Positions 29,801-38,579 of a stretch of DNA of 64,000 bases are shown piece after piece. Under the pieces are notes generated by a model that saw only the letters and a program-made list of their open reading frames with translations, was not told the DNA's origin and did no database searches. The DNA is from Candidatus Nomurabacteria bacterium (GTDB taxonomy: Bacteria > Patescibacteriota > Saccharimonadia > Saccharimonadales > JAGQNJ01). The position numbers were made by a program, and so were the translations under genes. Every line of letters starts with the position of its first letter. The stretch's first letter is position 1. The stretch is from positions 20,258 to 84,257 of the forward strand of contig CP060231.1 of assembly GCA_023898625.1 (NCBI GenBank). Direction: 5' to 3'.

Positions 29801-31297
29801 ATGGGAAAGAGTGCTAGGCCTAAGACTATTAAGACAAAGTCTGCCAAAACACGTGTCAGTAAACCAAAATCCACTAAGCCAAACAACAAAGAACCAAGAG
29901 TTGTATTACTAGTACCCTTTAGTTCCGAAGATCCTTCAAGAAACCAAATCTGGGGGCATGTTCGCAGTTGGATAAGTCAAACACTGGATTATCCAATGTA
30001 TATCGGCGAGCACTTCCCCAAAACTCCTATTACCTACAATCTTAGCCTTGCACGTAACCAGGCTGGTCATAAAGCTGGCGATTGGGATGTGGCTGTTATT
30101 CACGATGCCGATACTGTCATCAACCCCCAACAAATCAAAGACGGTGTGGCATTAGCTCTAGAAACCGGAGCTGTTGTCTATCCGTATGTAGAGCGTTGGG
30201 AACTAGACTTTAACGGCACCAAAATGCTACTTCAAGACGAAACCAGTGATTGGCAAAAACATATGACCCAATACACCCATACTCAACCACTGGGGGGTTG
30301 CATTATTGTTCGCCGAGATTTGTGGGATCTAGTACGGGGCTTTGACAGTGGCTTTGTAGGTTGGGGTCATGAAGATGGAGCATTTGCCATGGCCTGCGAA
30401 GTACTAAGCGGTAAAAGATTACAAAGAATTCCTGGCAAATCCTTGCACCTAGAGCATGTTCTTGCACCAGCAAAGAAACCAGATAATCCGGTTTATCTAG
30501 CCAATCAAGCACGTATCAAGACATACATGCAATCTACTCGTCAGCCAAATTCCAGAGAACTAATAACAAGGTTACGTGACCAATCTATTAAAACCGACCA
30601 ACAACACGGCATTAATTGGCCTACGGCTAAGGACAACAAAGAAGGCATGAACCAGGCCTTTGCCTTAATGCTACTGACTGACGTAACTAATGTGTTAGAT
30701 AAATACAAATGTACCCACTGGCTTAGTGATGGAACTTTGCTAGGAGCCATCAGAGAAAACGGCTTTATATCTCACGACGAAGATATCGACCTTGGTGTTT
30801 GGGCAGAAGACTTTGACATACGAGTCATTCACGAGCTAATCAATAGATACGGCTGTAACATCTTAAGACTTCAAGGCAAGCCTGATGACGGCATGATTAT
30901 AACCGTAGGCAGAGTTGGTATACACCTAGACATGTTCTTTTATTATCCGGTGGAGAACGACAAGAAGCCTTCCGATAAAATATATTCATGCTTATATACA
31001 TTATTCAAGCCATACAATACTTCCAATAGAGCAAAGCAGTTCGATTGTGAACTTCCTAGCTATAAGCCATTGGTTCGCCACGACTTTGAGGGAAGCAAAT
31101 TTTGGGTTCCAAAAAATGCCAAGGAGCACCTAGTGGCAATTTATGGCCCAGACTGGCGCAAACCGAACAAGAATTGGACCTTTGAAAACGACCAATGCAA
31201 CATGAAGCTTCGTGGAACTATAGAAGATATGACAGCTGATAGGCTAGCCGTTGAGCAATATCTGAAAATACACCCCATTAAACAAAAGCAGAGTTAG
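29801..31297 (+). CDS. Bifunctional glycosyltransferase (GT2/beta-4-GalT-like N-domain) - LicD-family phosphotransferase (C-domain)
   Basis: The N-domain has HDADTV (DxD) and FVGWGHEDGAF (WGxED as in the Glyco_transf_7C type). The C-domain has WLSDGTLLGAIRENGFISHDEDIDLGVW, the LicD signature. Confidence 0.7.
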   Translation: MGKSARPKTIKTKSAKTRVSKPKSTKPNNKEPRVVLLVPFSSEDPSRNQIWGHVRSWISQTLDYPMYIGEHFPKTPITYNLSLARNQAGHKAGDWDVAVIHDADTVINPQQIKDGVALALETGAVVYPYVERWELDFNGTKMLLQDETSDWQKHMTQYTHTQPLGGCIIVRRDLWDLVRGFDSGFVGWGHEDGAFAMACEVLSGKRLQRIPGKSLHLEHVLAPAKKPDNPVYLANQARIKTYMQSTRQPNSRELITRLRDQSIKTDQQHGINWPTAKDNKEGMNQAFALMLLTDVTNVLDKYKCTHWLSDGTLLGAIRENGFISHDEDIDLGVWAEDFDIRVIHELINRYGCNILRLQGKPDDGMIITVGRVGIHLDMFFYYPVENDKKPSDKIYSCLYTLFKPYNTSNRAKQFDCELPSYKPLVRHDFEGSKFWVPKNAKEHLVAIYGPDWRKPNKNWTFENDQCNMKLRGTIEDMTADRLAVEQYLKIHPIKQKQS

Positions 31298-31298
31298 C

Positions 31299-32240
31299 GT
31301 GGATTTATCTAATACCGAGTTCGAGCTCCTTCAGCTGATAGTCCGCAGTAACGGTATTGATGAGTCAAAGATAATTGAGCAGATTCCTACACTAGACCCT
31401 TCAGAAATAAGCAAAGCTATTCTTAGCTTGATACGCAAGAGGTTGGTGCGTCGCACCCAAGACCAAATAGTTGCCAAGCCCCAAGCCCTAGAAGCCCTAG
31501 AGCCTTACCGTGTAAAAAGAGCAGTTATCTTGGGTGCAGGAAAAGGCGAGCGTATGCGCCCAGCAACTAAAGATATACCCAAGCCGATGGTTAAGGTTCA
31601 CAGCAAAAGAATCATAGAAACTCAACTTGATGCCCTAGCAAATGCCGGAATAACAGACATAACAATAGTAAGAGGCTACCAAGGTGAAGTCTATGATTTG
31701 TTACTACCCAAGTACCCTCACATAAAGTTTATAGATAACCCTCACTGGGATACATCTGAGGCTATTGTATCTACACATTTAGCTATAGACTTACTTGCCA
31801 GAGCGTACCTAATAGAAGGAGATCTTTACATAAAAGGCCAAAACGTAATTCGCCCTTACGAATACCATAGTTCTTACTGTGGCATACCAGGAGAGGTAGA
31901 GAATGACTGGCATTTTTATGCTGATAGAAGTATTGGAATTACCCATTTAGCACACGGCTACTCCAACGAATCTCATGGAGCTCCACATAGATTTGTGGGG
32001 ATCATGTACTGGGCACCAGCAGAAGTCAACAAGTTAAAGAAAGATATTGTAGATGTTGTTGCGAGGCCCAATAATCAACATCGTTTTGTAGAATCAGTCC
32101 CGTTCGACAAGCAAACAAGCGAATACACCATCCATGCTCGCCCACTACAAATTAACGATGTTATAGAGATTGATACTCATCAAGAGTTGTGTGACCTCCG
32201 ACGTCTAGAAAAAGAATCTTCAAGACGCAAATATTCTTAA
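31299..32240 (+). CDS. wHTH-like N-domain + LicC-like sugar/alcohol-phosphate nucleotidyl(cytidylyl)transferase
   Basis: GTG start 2 nt after the upstream stop. AVILGAGKGERMRPATKDIPKPMVKVHSKRIIETQLDALANAGITDITIVRGY is the NTP-transferase G-rich loop and fold, as in LicC. Confidence 0.65.
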   Translation: MDLSNTEFELLQLIVRSNGIDESKIIEQIPTLDPSEISKAILSLIRKRLVRRTQDQIVAKPQALEALEPYRVKRAVILGAGKGERMRPATKDIPKPMVKVHSKRIIETQLDALANAGITDITIVRGYQGEVYDLLLPKYPHIKFIDNPHWDTSEAIVSTHLAIDLLARAYLIEGDLYIKGQNVIRPYEYHSSYCGIPGEVENDWHFYADRSIGITHLAHGYSNESHGAPHRFVGIMYWAPAEVNKLKKDIVDVVARPNNQHRFVESVPFDKQTSEYTIHARPLQINDVIEIDTHQELCDLRRLEKESSRRKYS

Positions 32241-32289
32241 TAGTTGTCAAAAATACTATAAGAATTCTTGTGATTCGCTTTGTTTAGAG

Positions 32290-34269
32290 TTATCATAAAA
32301 CCATTAGCGTAATTTAACAAGTCGTTGACGTGGAAACATCAATATAAAACTAAATAAGATCTATCTAATAAGTTAAATAGGTTCTTATATATAAATAAGA
32401 ATTTATATATAAAACATAAATAGATACATATACAAACAAGGAGAATAAAACAAATGGTCAAAAACAATCGTTATCATACTAGATACACTAGTAGTAACAA
32501 TACAAACAATAGAACAAGTATTATACCCCTAGCTAAAGAACTAGGCTTTGCTTTATTTCTACTAGCTACTGTACTAATCTTTAGCCCTAAATCAGCTCAT
32601 GCAGCTACCTTTAATGTAGTTACCGGATCTAGCTCTGCTACTGCTGATGGTAACTGCCAAATAGACGAAGCCATTACTAACATCAATAACGGCACTAGAA
32701 CCGAAGCAGACTGTGTAGAAACCGGAGCCTACGGTACCGACGATACCATCAATCTACCAGTGGGGACTATTACGGGGCCAGGATCAACACTAGAGCAGTT
32801 CTATGATCCGGTAAAGATTATAGGACAAGGCAAAGGAGTGTCTATTCTTGACGGCGCAGGTCTTAGTTTTTATGGAGGTAGTTCTGCTGGAGTGTTCGAA
32901 GCTCGTGATTTTAGTATGACAGGTGGTTATGGAATTACAGTAACAAGCGCTAGTTCCATGACCGTAGACAGTCTAGACATAGATTTGAACGACGCAGCTC
33001 AAGAAGCTATCGCTTCCGAAAACAGTAATATAGATGTCATAGATAGCTATTTGCACAATGGTTCTCTGAGTGGCTCGGGCATGAGTTTGATGGTAGCCAC
33101 CGTCATGGGGGGGAGTGGCAGCCGAACGGTAAATATTGATCGCACGACCTTTGCAGATGGACCAGCAGGTCTTATGATCCAGGCCGGCTCAGGATTTACA
33201 CTAAATGCTAATGTCAAAAACTCTACTTTCACAGATCTGCATGGTGATGGAAATCAATTCTATACGGTAGCTCGTGGTATTGCCGCCGGCTCTGAAAGTT
33301 ATACTGGTACTCAAGTTAGTTACACTACCACAAACAATACCTTCAGTAATATAACCAACACCGTTGCTGGATCATATCCGGCGGCAGCTATCATGGATGT
33401 CGCGGAAGGTGATGGCACCATCACCCACACCGCCCAAAACGATCTCTATACTGTAGGAGATGGCACAGCTAATGCAGTGAACTACTATAGATACACAGGC
33501 TCTGGCTCTGGTACTCCAACGTTCACCATTAATAGCAACGGCGGTAATATCTCTAGCGACAATAGCTTCAGCACCTATCTAACTCAGTCCTCTGACAAAC
33601 ACAATCAAACTAGTTTGGCTTCCTTCCTGGGAGTACTCACCGACAATGGTGGAGAAGTACCAACTCTAGCCCTACAAGAAGGTTCCCCAGCTATTAATGC
33701 TGGTACAACTGTATCTGGTATGACAACAGATGCTAGAGGAGTAGCTCGCCCACAAGGTGGAGCCTTTGATGCAGGAGCCTACGAACTAGCAATGTCTAAT
33801 CCAGACCCAGATCCTGAATCAGGTAGCTCAGCAGTCATCAACAATCCTAATGGCTCTGGTACTATATCACTAACTGGTAACCCTACTATCCCTAAACGTC
33901 CAACCTTCTCTGGAACAACTACACCTAACTCTACTGTCTCAGTAACTGTACACTCAGACCCAGTAGTCTGTACTGCTACAGCAGATAGTTCTGGTAACTG
34001 GAGCTGTACTCTACCTAGTGATCTAGCACCCGGTACTCATACTGTAACCATACAAATCACTAAACCAGATAGTTCCACGGAAACCTTAGGGCCATACAGT
34101 GTAGTAGTAACTGAAGGACAAGCTACAACCATAACCAGCAATGACAAACTAGCCAATACCGGACAAAACACTATTGCTGTAGCCCTAGTAGGTAGCCTAT
34201 TAGTCTTAGCTACTAGTACCCTAGCTATCCTTAAGAAATTCAAAAGACAGAAGAAGTTTGTTGGGTAGA
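32290..34269 (+). repeat. Mosaic direct repeat, copy 2
   Basis: See copy 1. The two antisense ORFs in the track (28485-28670/33047-33232 and 29472-29678/34037-34243) are near-identical, which confirms the identical blocks. Confidence 0.85.
32454..34268 (+). CDS. LAXTG-anchored surface protein, paralog of 27883-29703
   Basis: The first 47 aa and last ~286 aa are identical to the paralog. The central beta-helix region has diverged, with indels. It has the same LANTG sorting signal. Confidence 0.8.
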   Translation: MVKNNRYHTRYTSSNNTNNRTSIIPLAKELGFALFLLATVLIFSPKSAHAATFNVVTGSSSATADGNCQIDEAITNINNGTRTEADCVETGAYGTDDTINLPVGTITGPGSTLEQFYDPVKIIGQGKGVSILDGAGLSFYGGSSAGVFEARDFSMTGGYGITVTSASSMTVDSLDIDLNDAAQEAIASENSNIDVIDSYLHNGSLSGSGMSLMVATVMGGSGSRTVNIDRTTFADGPAGLMIQAGSGFTLNANVKNSTFTDLHGDGNQFYTVARGIAAGSESYTGTQVSYTTTNNTFSNITNTVAGSYPAAAIMDVAEGDGTITHTAQNDLYTVGDGTANAVNYYRYTGSGSGTPTFTINSNGGNISSDNSFSTYLTQSSDKHNQTSLASFLGVLTDNGGEVPTLALQEGSPAINAGTTVSGMTTDARGVARPQGGAFDAGAYELAMSNPDPDPESGSSAVINNPNGSGTISLTGNPTIPKRPTFSGTTTPNSTVSVTVHSDPVVCTATADSSGNWSCTLPSDLAPGTHTVTIQITKPDSSTETLGPYSVVVTEGQATTITSNDKLANTGQNTIAVALVGSLLVLATSTLAILKKFKRQKKFVG

Positions 34270-34283
34270 GTATGGCAGTAAAT

Positions 34284-34358
34284 TGGTGACCTCACGGGGA
34301 ATCGAACCCCGATTGCCAGGATGAGAACCTGGTGTCCTAACCGTTAGACGATGAGGCC
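34284..34358 (-). tRNA. tRNA-Glu (anticodon CUC), CCA encoded
   Basis: The reverse complement reads GGCCTCATCGTCTAACGGTTAGGACACCAGGTTCTCATCCTGGCAATCGGGGTTCGATTCCCCGTGAGGTCACCA, with anticodon loop TTCTCAT. Confidence 0.9.
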
Positions 34359-34486
34359 ATGATATAAATTGTAATATACTTGAGGTTCGATTGGAATCGA
34401 CCCACCTCTGGCGGGCCCGAAACTTCATTTTTGAAAACAAGTTTTCAAAAGAAGATTTCCTTGCAAATTGCCTCAGGCAATTTTCA

Positions 34487-34537
34487 CCCGATTGCCAGGA
34501 TGAGAACCTGGTGTCCTAACCGTTAGACGATGAGGCC
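34487..34537 (-). pseudogene. Truncated second copy of tRNA-Glu (5' ~51 nt only)
   Basis: Identical to positions 1-51 of the intact tRNA-Glu plus 2 nt of 5' flank. The T-arm 3' half and acceptor 3' strand are missing and replaced by unrelated hairpin-rich sequence. Confidence 0.8.
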
Positions 34538-34649
34538 ATAACAGAGGTAAATAATACCACTCGATATAATAAAATTCAAGTTGCATTACATCTTAAAACA
34601 ATAGATACTATTATAAGAATAAGCAAGTAGGTGGGAATAAGAATATTGC

Positions 34650-36401
34650 ATGCAACATCTTCCAGAAAAGTGGTTAAAACGACTTAACTATCTATACATT
34701 GCATATAGTTCTGTTTTGTTACTTTTATATACATACACAGCCTTAGAGCAAGAACGACTAGTCATTGATCCAAACCCAAAGCTAGGAGTAAGTATGGGAT
34801 CGGTGGCATTTGCGATCACAACTCTGATTTATTGCACATTGATCTTACGCATATTTAAGCGATACAATCTATGGCTCGCATATGCAATAGGTTATATGCT
34901 AGCTAGCATAACGAATGCAGTAATAGTAGAACTAACCCTGAATTCTACATCTGCAACCTTGTTCATGTCCATAACGTATCTAATGAGCATTTTGTCTGTA
35001 TGCCTTGGCCCTATACTTGTTTTTGGTACATTAGCAATTTCTGGAGTTATTACTGGCATGGTAATAGCAGGCACGACACCCCCAACTATTTTGGGAGTAA
35101 AAGGAGATGTTGTAGTATATCTAACAAGAACTACCATAGCATTACTCGGGCTATATCTATTAAGAAATAAGTACGAACTATCTAGCCCCAATACTAAACA
35201 AAATTACATTGAGAAATACTTTGTGACTAATGAAGTGGTCAAACTATTGACCAACAGCATAGGAGATGGGGTGATAATTATAGACAACGATGGCGTCGTT
35301 CGTTCTGTTAACCCAACCATAGAAACCCTGCTCGGTAAATCAGCAAAGGATGTACTTGACCTACATTATAGAAGTGTTCTTAATATTAAAAACCCAAACG
35401 AGAGAGACATAGAACTAGACAAAGAACCTGTCATGAAAGCCATAAAAAACATGATACCGGTAAGCGGAGAGTACTCGTTACACAGAGACAAACAATCAGA
35501 ATTATTTATCGATCTGACCGTTTCTGCTATTGCTGATTTAGAAACCAAGACGACATATGGTGCCGTAATTATAGTTCGTGATGTTAGCGAAAAGAAACGA
35601 GAAGAAAGTGCCAGAAGTGACTTTATCAGCACGGCATCTCATGAAATGCGAACACCCGTTGCAGCAATCGAGGGTTATGTTGAGTTGGCATTGAATCCAA
35701 AAGTCAGCAATATTGACCCAAAGGCACGAACGTATCTTGAAAAAGCAAAATCTAGCGCCCAACATCTTGGACGTCTCTTTCAAGATCTACTAGTTAGTGC
35801 GAAAGCTGAAGATGGAAGAATCAGTAATCACCCCTCAGTTATTGAGGTCAGTACTTTACTTGAACAACAAGCCGATAACTCTAGAATGGTCGCAACACAG
35901 AAAAACCTAGAGTTAGAATTTGTAGTTAGTTCAAATCAAGAACCTTCAAAGCATTCAGGATCTAAAATATTAAATCCACTTTTTTATATCTATGCAGATC
36001 CTGATAGGATACGAGAAGTAGCCTCTAATCTTATAGACAATGCAATTAAATATACTACCTCTGGAAAAATTACCTTAGGCGTCACAGGTGATGATGAAGT
36101 TGTGCAGTTTTTTGTAAAAGATACTGGCGTTGGAATGAATTCTGAAGATGTTCCGCATCTATTTCAAAAGTTCTATAGAATCGACAACTCTGAAACTAGA
36201 ACTACAGGCGGTACTGGACTAGGTCTATTTATATGTCGAAAAATAGTTAACCTCTATAACGGTAAGATCTGGGCAGAAAGCGAAAGAGGCAAAGGCACAA
36301 CCTTCTATGTAAACATACCTCGTATGAATACCGGACAAGCCGAAGCAACACTAGCTAGACAACAAAGTCAGACCCAGACAAACCCAAACAATACTGGATG
36401 A
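34650..36401 (+). CDS. Sensor histidine kinase (multi-TM N-domain, PAS, HisKA, HATPase_c)
   Basis: About 5 TM helices; a PAS-like region (DGVIIIDNDGVVRSVNP); the H-box FISTASHEMRTP; N, G1 and G2 boxes (NLIDNAIKYT, KDTGVGM, GGTGLGL). Confidence 0.88.
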   Translation: MQHLPEKWLKRLNYLYIAYSSVLLLLYTYTALEQERLVIDPNPKLGVSMGSVAFAITTLIYCTLILRIFKRYNLWLAYAIGYMLASITNAVIVELTLNSTSATLFMSITYLMSILSVCLGPILVFGTLAISGVITGMVIAGTTPPTILGVKGDVVVYLTRTTIALLGLYLLRNKYELSSPNTKQNYIEKYFVTNEVVKLLTNSIGDGVIIIDNDGVVRSVNPTIETLLGKSAKDVLDLHYRSVLNIKNPNERDIELDKEPVMKAIKNMIPVSGEYSLHRDKQSELFIDLTVSAIADLETKTTYGAVIIVRDVSEKKREESARSDFISTASHEMRTPVAAIEGYVELALNPKVSNIDPKARTYLEKAKSSAQHLGRLFQDLLVSAKAEDGRISNHPSVIEVSTLLEQQADNSRMVATQKNLELEFVVSSNQEPSKHSGSKILNPLFYIYADPDRIREVASNLIDNAIKYTTSGKITLGVTGDDEVVQFFVKDTGVGMNSEDVPHLFQKFYRIDNSETRTTGGTGLGLFICRKIVNLYNGKIWAESERGKGTTFYVNIPRMNTGQAEATLARQQSQTQTNPNNTG

Positions 36402-36470
36402 TAAAAGCACTTATGCTACAATAATGTTAAATATTATGAATAATCAACCTAGGAACAAGAAAGAAAACAT

Positions 36471-37871
36471 ATGTCAAAAGTAATGCTAGTCGAAGACGAC
36501 AATAACTTGCGAGAGATTTACGAGGCACGTCTGGCTGCAGAAGGATACGAAATCATTTCTGCTGCCGACGGTGAAGCCGCGTTAGCATTAGCAATCAAAG
36601 AAAAACCAGATCTGATAATTTCTGACATAATGATGCCCAAGGTCAGTGGTTTTGATATGCTCGATATCTTGCGTAGCACAACAGAGACAAAAGGCACAAA
36701 GATTATAATGATGACTGCCCTTAATCAAGCTGAAGACAAGGCCAAAGCCGAAAGCCTTGGAGCGGACCTTTATCTTGTTAAATCTCAAGTAACCCTTGAG
36801 GATGTCGTACGTTCTGCTAAAGATCTATTAGGCGAAGAAACAACACTTAGTGTAGGAGGAGTACCGGTTCAAGCTCCTGCTCCTACACCTGTTCAAACTC
36901 AGCCTCAACCAGCAAATACCACACCAGTCAACGACAATCAGACCACTGCAATAAATCCACAACCCCAACAAATTACTCCAAACCCACAAGCTCCTGTAGC
37001 TGAACCCCAACAACCTATACCTCAAGCTCTACCGACACAACAAGACATCGCCTCAAATGATGCTTCATCAACCGCCAACGAAGAAAAGGAATTACAACAA
37101 CAAATCCAGCAATACATTAACGAAGCTACAACAGCACCCTTGCCAACACCAAATCCACAACCCCAACAAGCTACTACAAGTGCTCCCACTCCTGCACCTG
37201 CCCAAACTCAGCCTCAACCGGCAAATACCACACCAGCAACGACTCAACCCTCAAACAGCTCTCAACTACCTGTAGCTGATACCACCCCGCAGTCGACTCA
37301 AACTACAACACCCGTTCAGGAGCCACCAACTTCGTTCGCCCAGCCACCTAGCACCCTACAAGCCAACACACCAAACAATGATGGCGACCCCAACAACGAC
37401 AAGCCAGCAGGCGAACAAATTATCAAAAAGAGTGATCCAGCCAATCAAAACGCCAACCAAGAACCAGGAATAGATGCAAGCGTTAGTGGTAGAAAAAAAG
37501 TTATCAATCCGATTAACGATGTCTTTGCGCCCACTAAAAGTATTCTAGACATAGCCAGTAAAGATAGCGGACCAGAAGTTAATACTCCGGAATTCAATAC
37601 TATTGTTACGCCTGATGGAAGTACGCTTTCGGCAGCTCCTACACCTGTTCAAACTCAGCCTCAACCAGCAAATACCACACTAGACACCAGTCAAGTATCA
37701 CAAAATCAACAAGCCCAAGTTATAGCAACTCCAATTACGACCCAAAACTCACAACAAACAGATAACGAATCGCCTATTAACCCACCACTTGTTAACGATA
37801 TTATTGCGCCAAATCAACAGCAAACTGCTCAGCCAACACCAGGACAGCCCCTGCCACCCCCAGTAGCATAA
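36471..37871 (+). CDS. Response regulator receiver domain fused to a ~340-aa Pro/Gln/Thr-rich low-complexity tail (no recognisable output domain)
   Basis: The REC domain reads MLVEDDNNLREIY...PDLIISDIMMPKVSGFD...MMTAL...YLVKS. The tail contains three copies of (A)PTPVQTQPQPANTTP. The 46-nt DNA repeat 36879-36924 is identical to 37635-37680, and a variant lies at ~37191-37237. Confidence 0.8.
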   Translation: MSKVMLVEDDNNLREIYEARLAAEGYEIISAADGEAALALAIKEKPDLIISDIMMPKVSGFDMLDILRSTTETKGTKIIMMTALNQAEDKAKAESLGADLYLVKSQVTLEDVVRSAKDLLGEETTLSVGGVPVQAPAPTPVQTQPQPANTTPVNDNQTTAINPQPQQITPNPQAPVAEPQQPIPQALPTQQDIASNDASSTANEEKELQQQIQQYINEATTAPLPTPNPQPQQATTSAPTPAPAQTQPQPANTTPATTQPSNSSQLPVADTTPQSTQTTTPVQEPPTSFAQPPSTLQANTPNNDGDPNNDKPAGEQIIKKSDPANQNANQEPGIDASVSGRKKVINPINDVFAPTKSILDIASKDSGPEVNTPEFNTIVTPDGSTLSAAPTPVQTQPQPANTTLDTSQVSQNQQAQVIATPITTQNSQQTDNESPINPPLVNDIIAPNQQQTAQPTPGQPLPPPVA

Positions 37872-37885
37872 GATATAATAAATGC

Positions 37886-38545
37886 ATGAGAATCAATAAA
37901 TTTGTTGCTCTAGCAACAGGTATGTCGCGTCGACAGGCCGATAATACCATCGAAGAGAAAGCAGTATTGATTAACAACATACCTGCTAAACATGGCCAAG
38001 AAGTTACAGAATCGGACACTATTAAACTCAATAATCATCAGATCTACATTCCAGAAATTAAACTTTTGCTAATCAATAAACCTATTAATATTGTCTGCTC
38101 TCATAACGGTCAAGGGAGTAAAACCATTTACGATATTATTCCTGATAAATACCGCAACCTAAAGCCGGTAGGCCGTTTAGATAAAGATTCGAGTGGCCTA
38201 CTATTAATGACCAACCATGGTAGGCTCTCGCAACAATTAACCCACCCTTCATTTAAAAAGAGTAAAGTTTACCAAGTAAAATTAGACAGCCCACTATCGA
38301 TAGATGACAAGCAAAGAATAGAAACCGGAATAATTCTAGAAGATGGAGTTAGCAAAATTCAACTCCAAGGTAGTACTAGAAATTGGAAAGTTACAATGAG
38401 AGAAGGCAGGAACCGACAAATCCGGCGAACTTTTAGTGCACTAGGCTATACAGTTATCGAACTGCACAGGATACAAATAGGTAACTATAAGCTTGGTAAC
38501 TTAAAACCCGGGGAATATATAGAGGTTAAAGGTATTGAGGTATAG
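37886..38545 (+). CDS. Pseudouridine synthase, RsuA/RluB family (S4 domain + catalytic domain)
   Basis: MRINKFVALATGMSRRQADN (S4-like) and VGRLDKDSSGLLLMTNHG (catalytic Asp motif). Confidence 0.85.
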   Translation: MRINKFVALATGMSRRQADNTIEEKAVLINNIPAKHGQEVTESDTIKLNNHQIYIPEIKLLLINKPINIVCSHNGQGSKTIYDIIPDKYRNLKPVGRLDKDSSGLLLMTNHGRLSQQLTHPSFKKSKVYQVKLDSPLSIDDKQRIETGIILEDGVSKIQLQGSTRNWKVTMREGRNRQIRRTFSALGYTVIELHRIQIGNYKLGNLKPGEYIEVKGIEV

Positions 38546-38579
38546 ATACTTCACAATATTTGTGATATAATTCAAGTAT

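Noticed and set aside
27883-34268. Diversity-generating retroelement (template/variable repeat) as the explanation for the divergent centres of the two adhesin paralogs
   Set aside because: No reverse transcriptase gene is in the window. Differences include indels and substitutions at all four bases rather than adenine-specific changes confined to a short VR.
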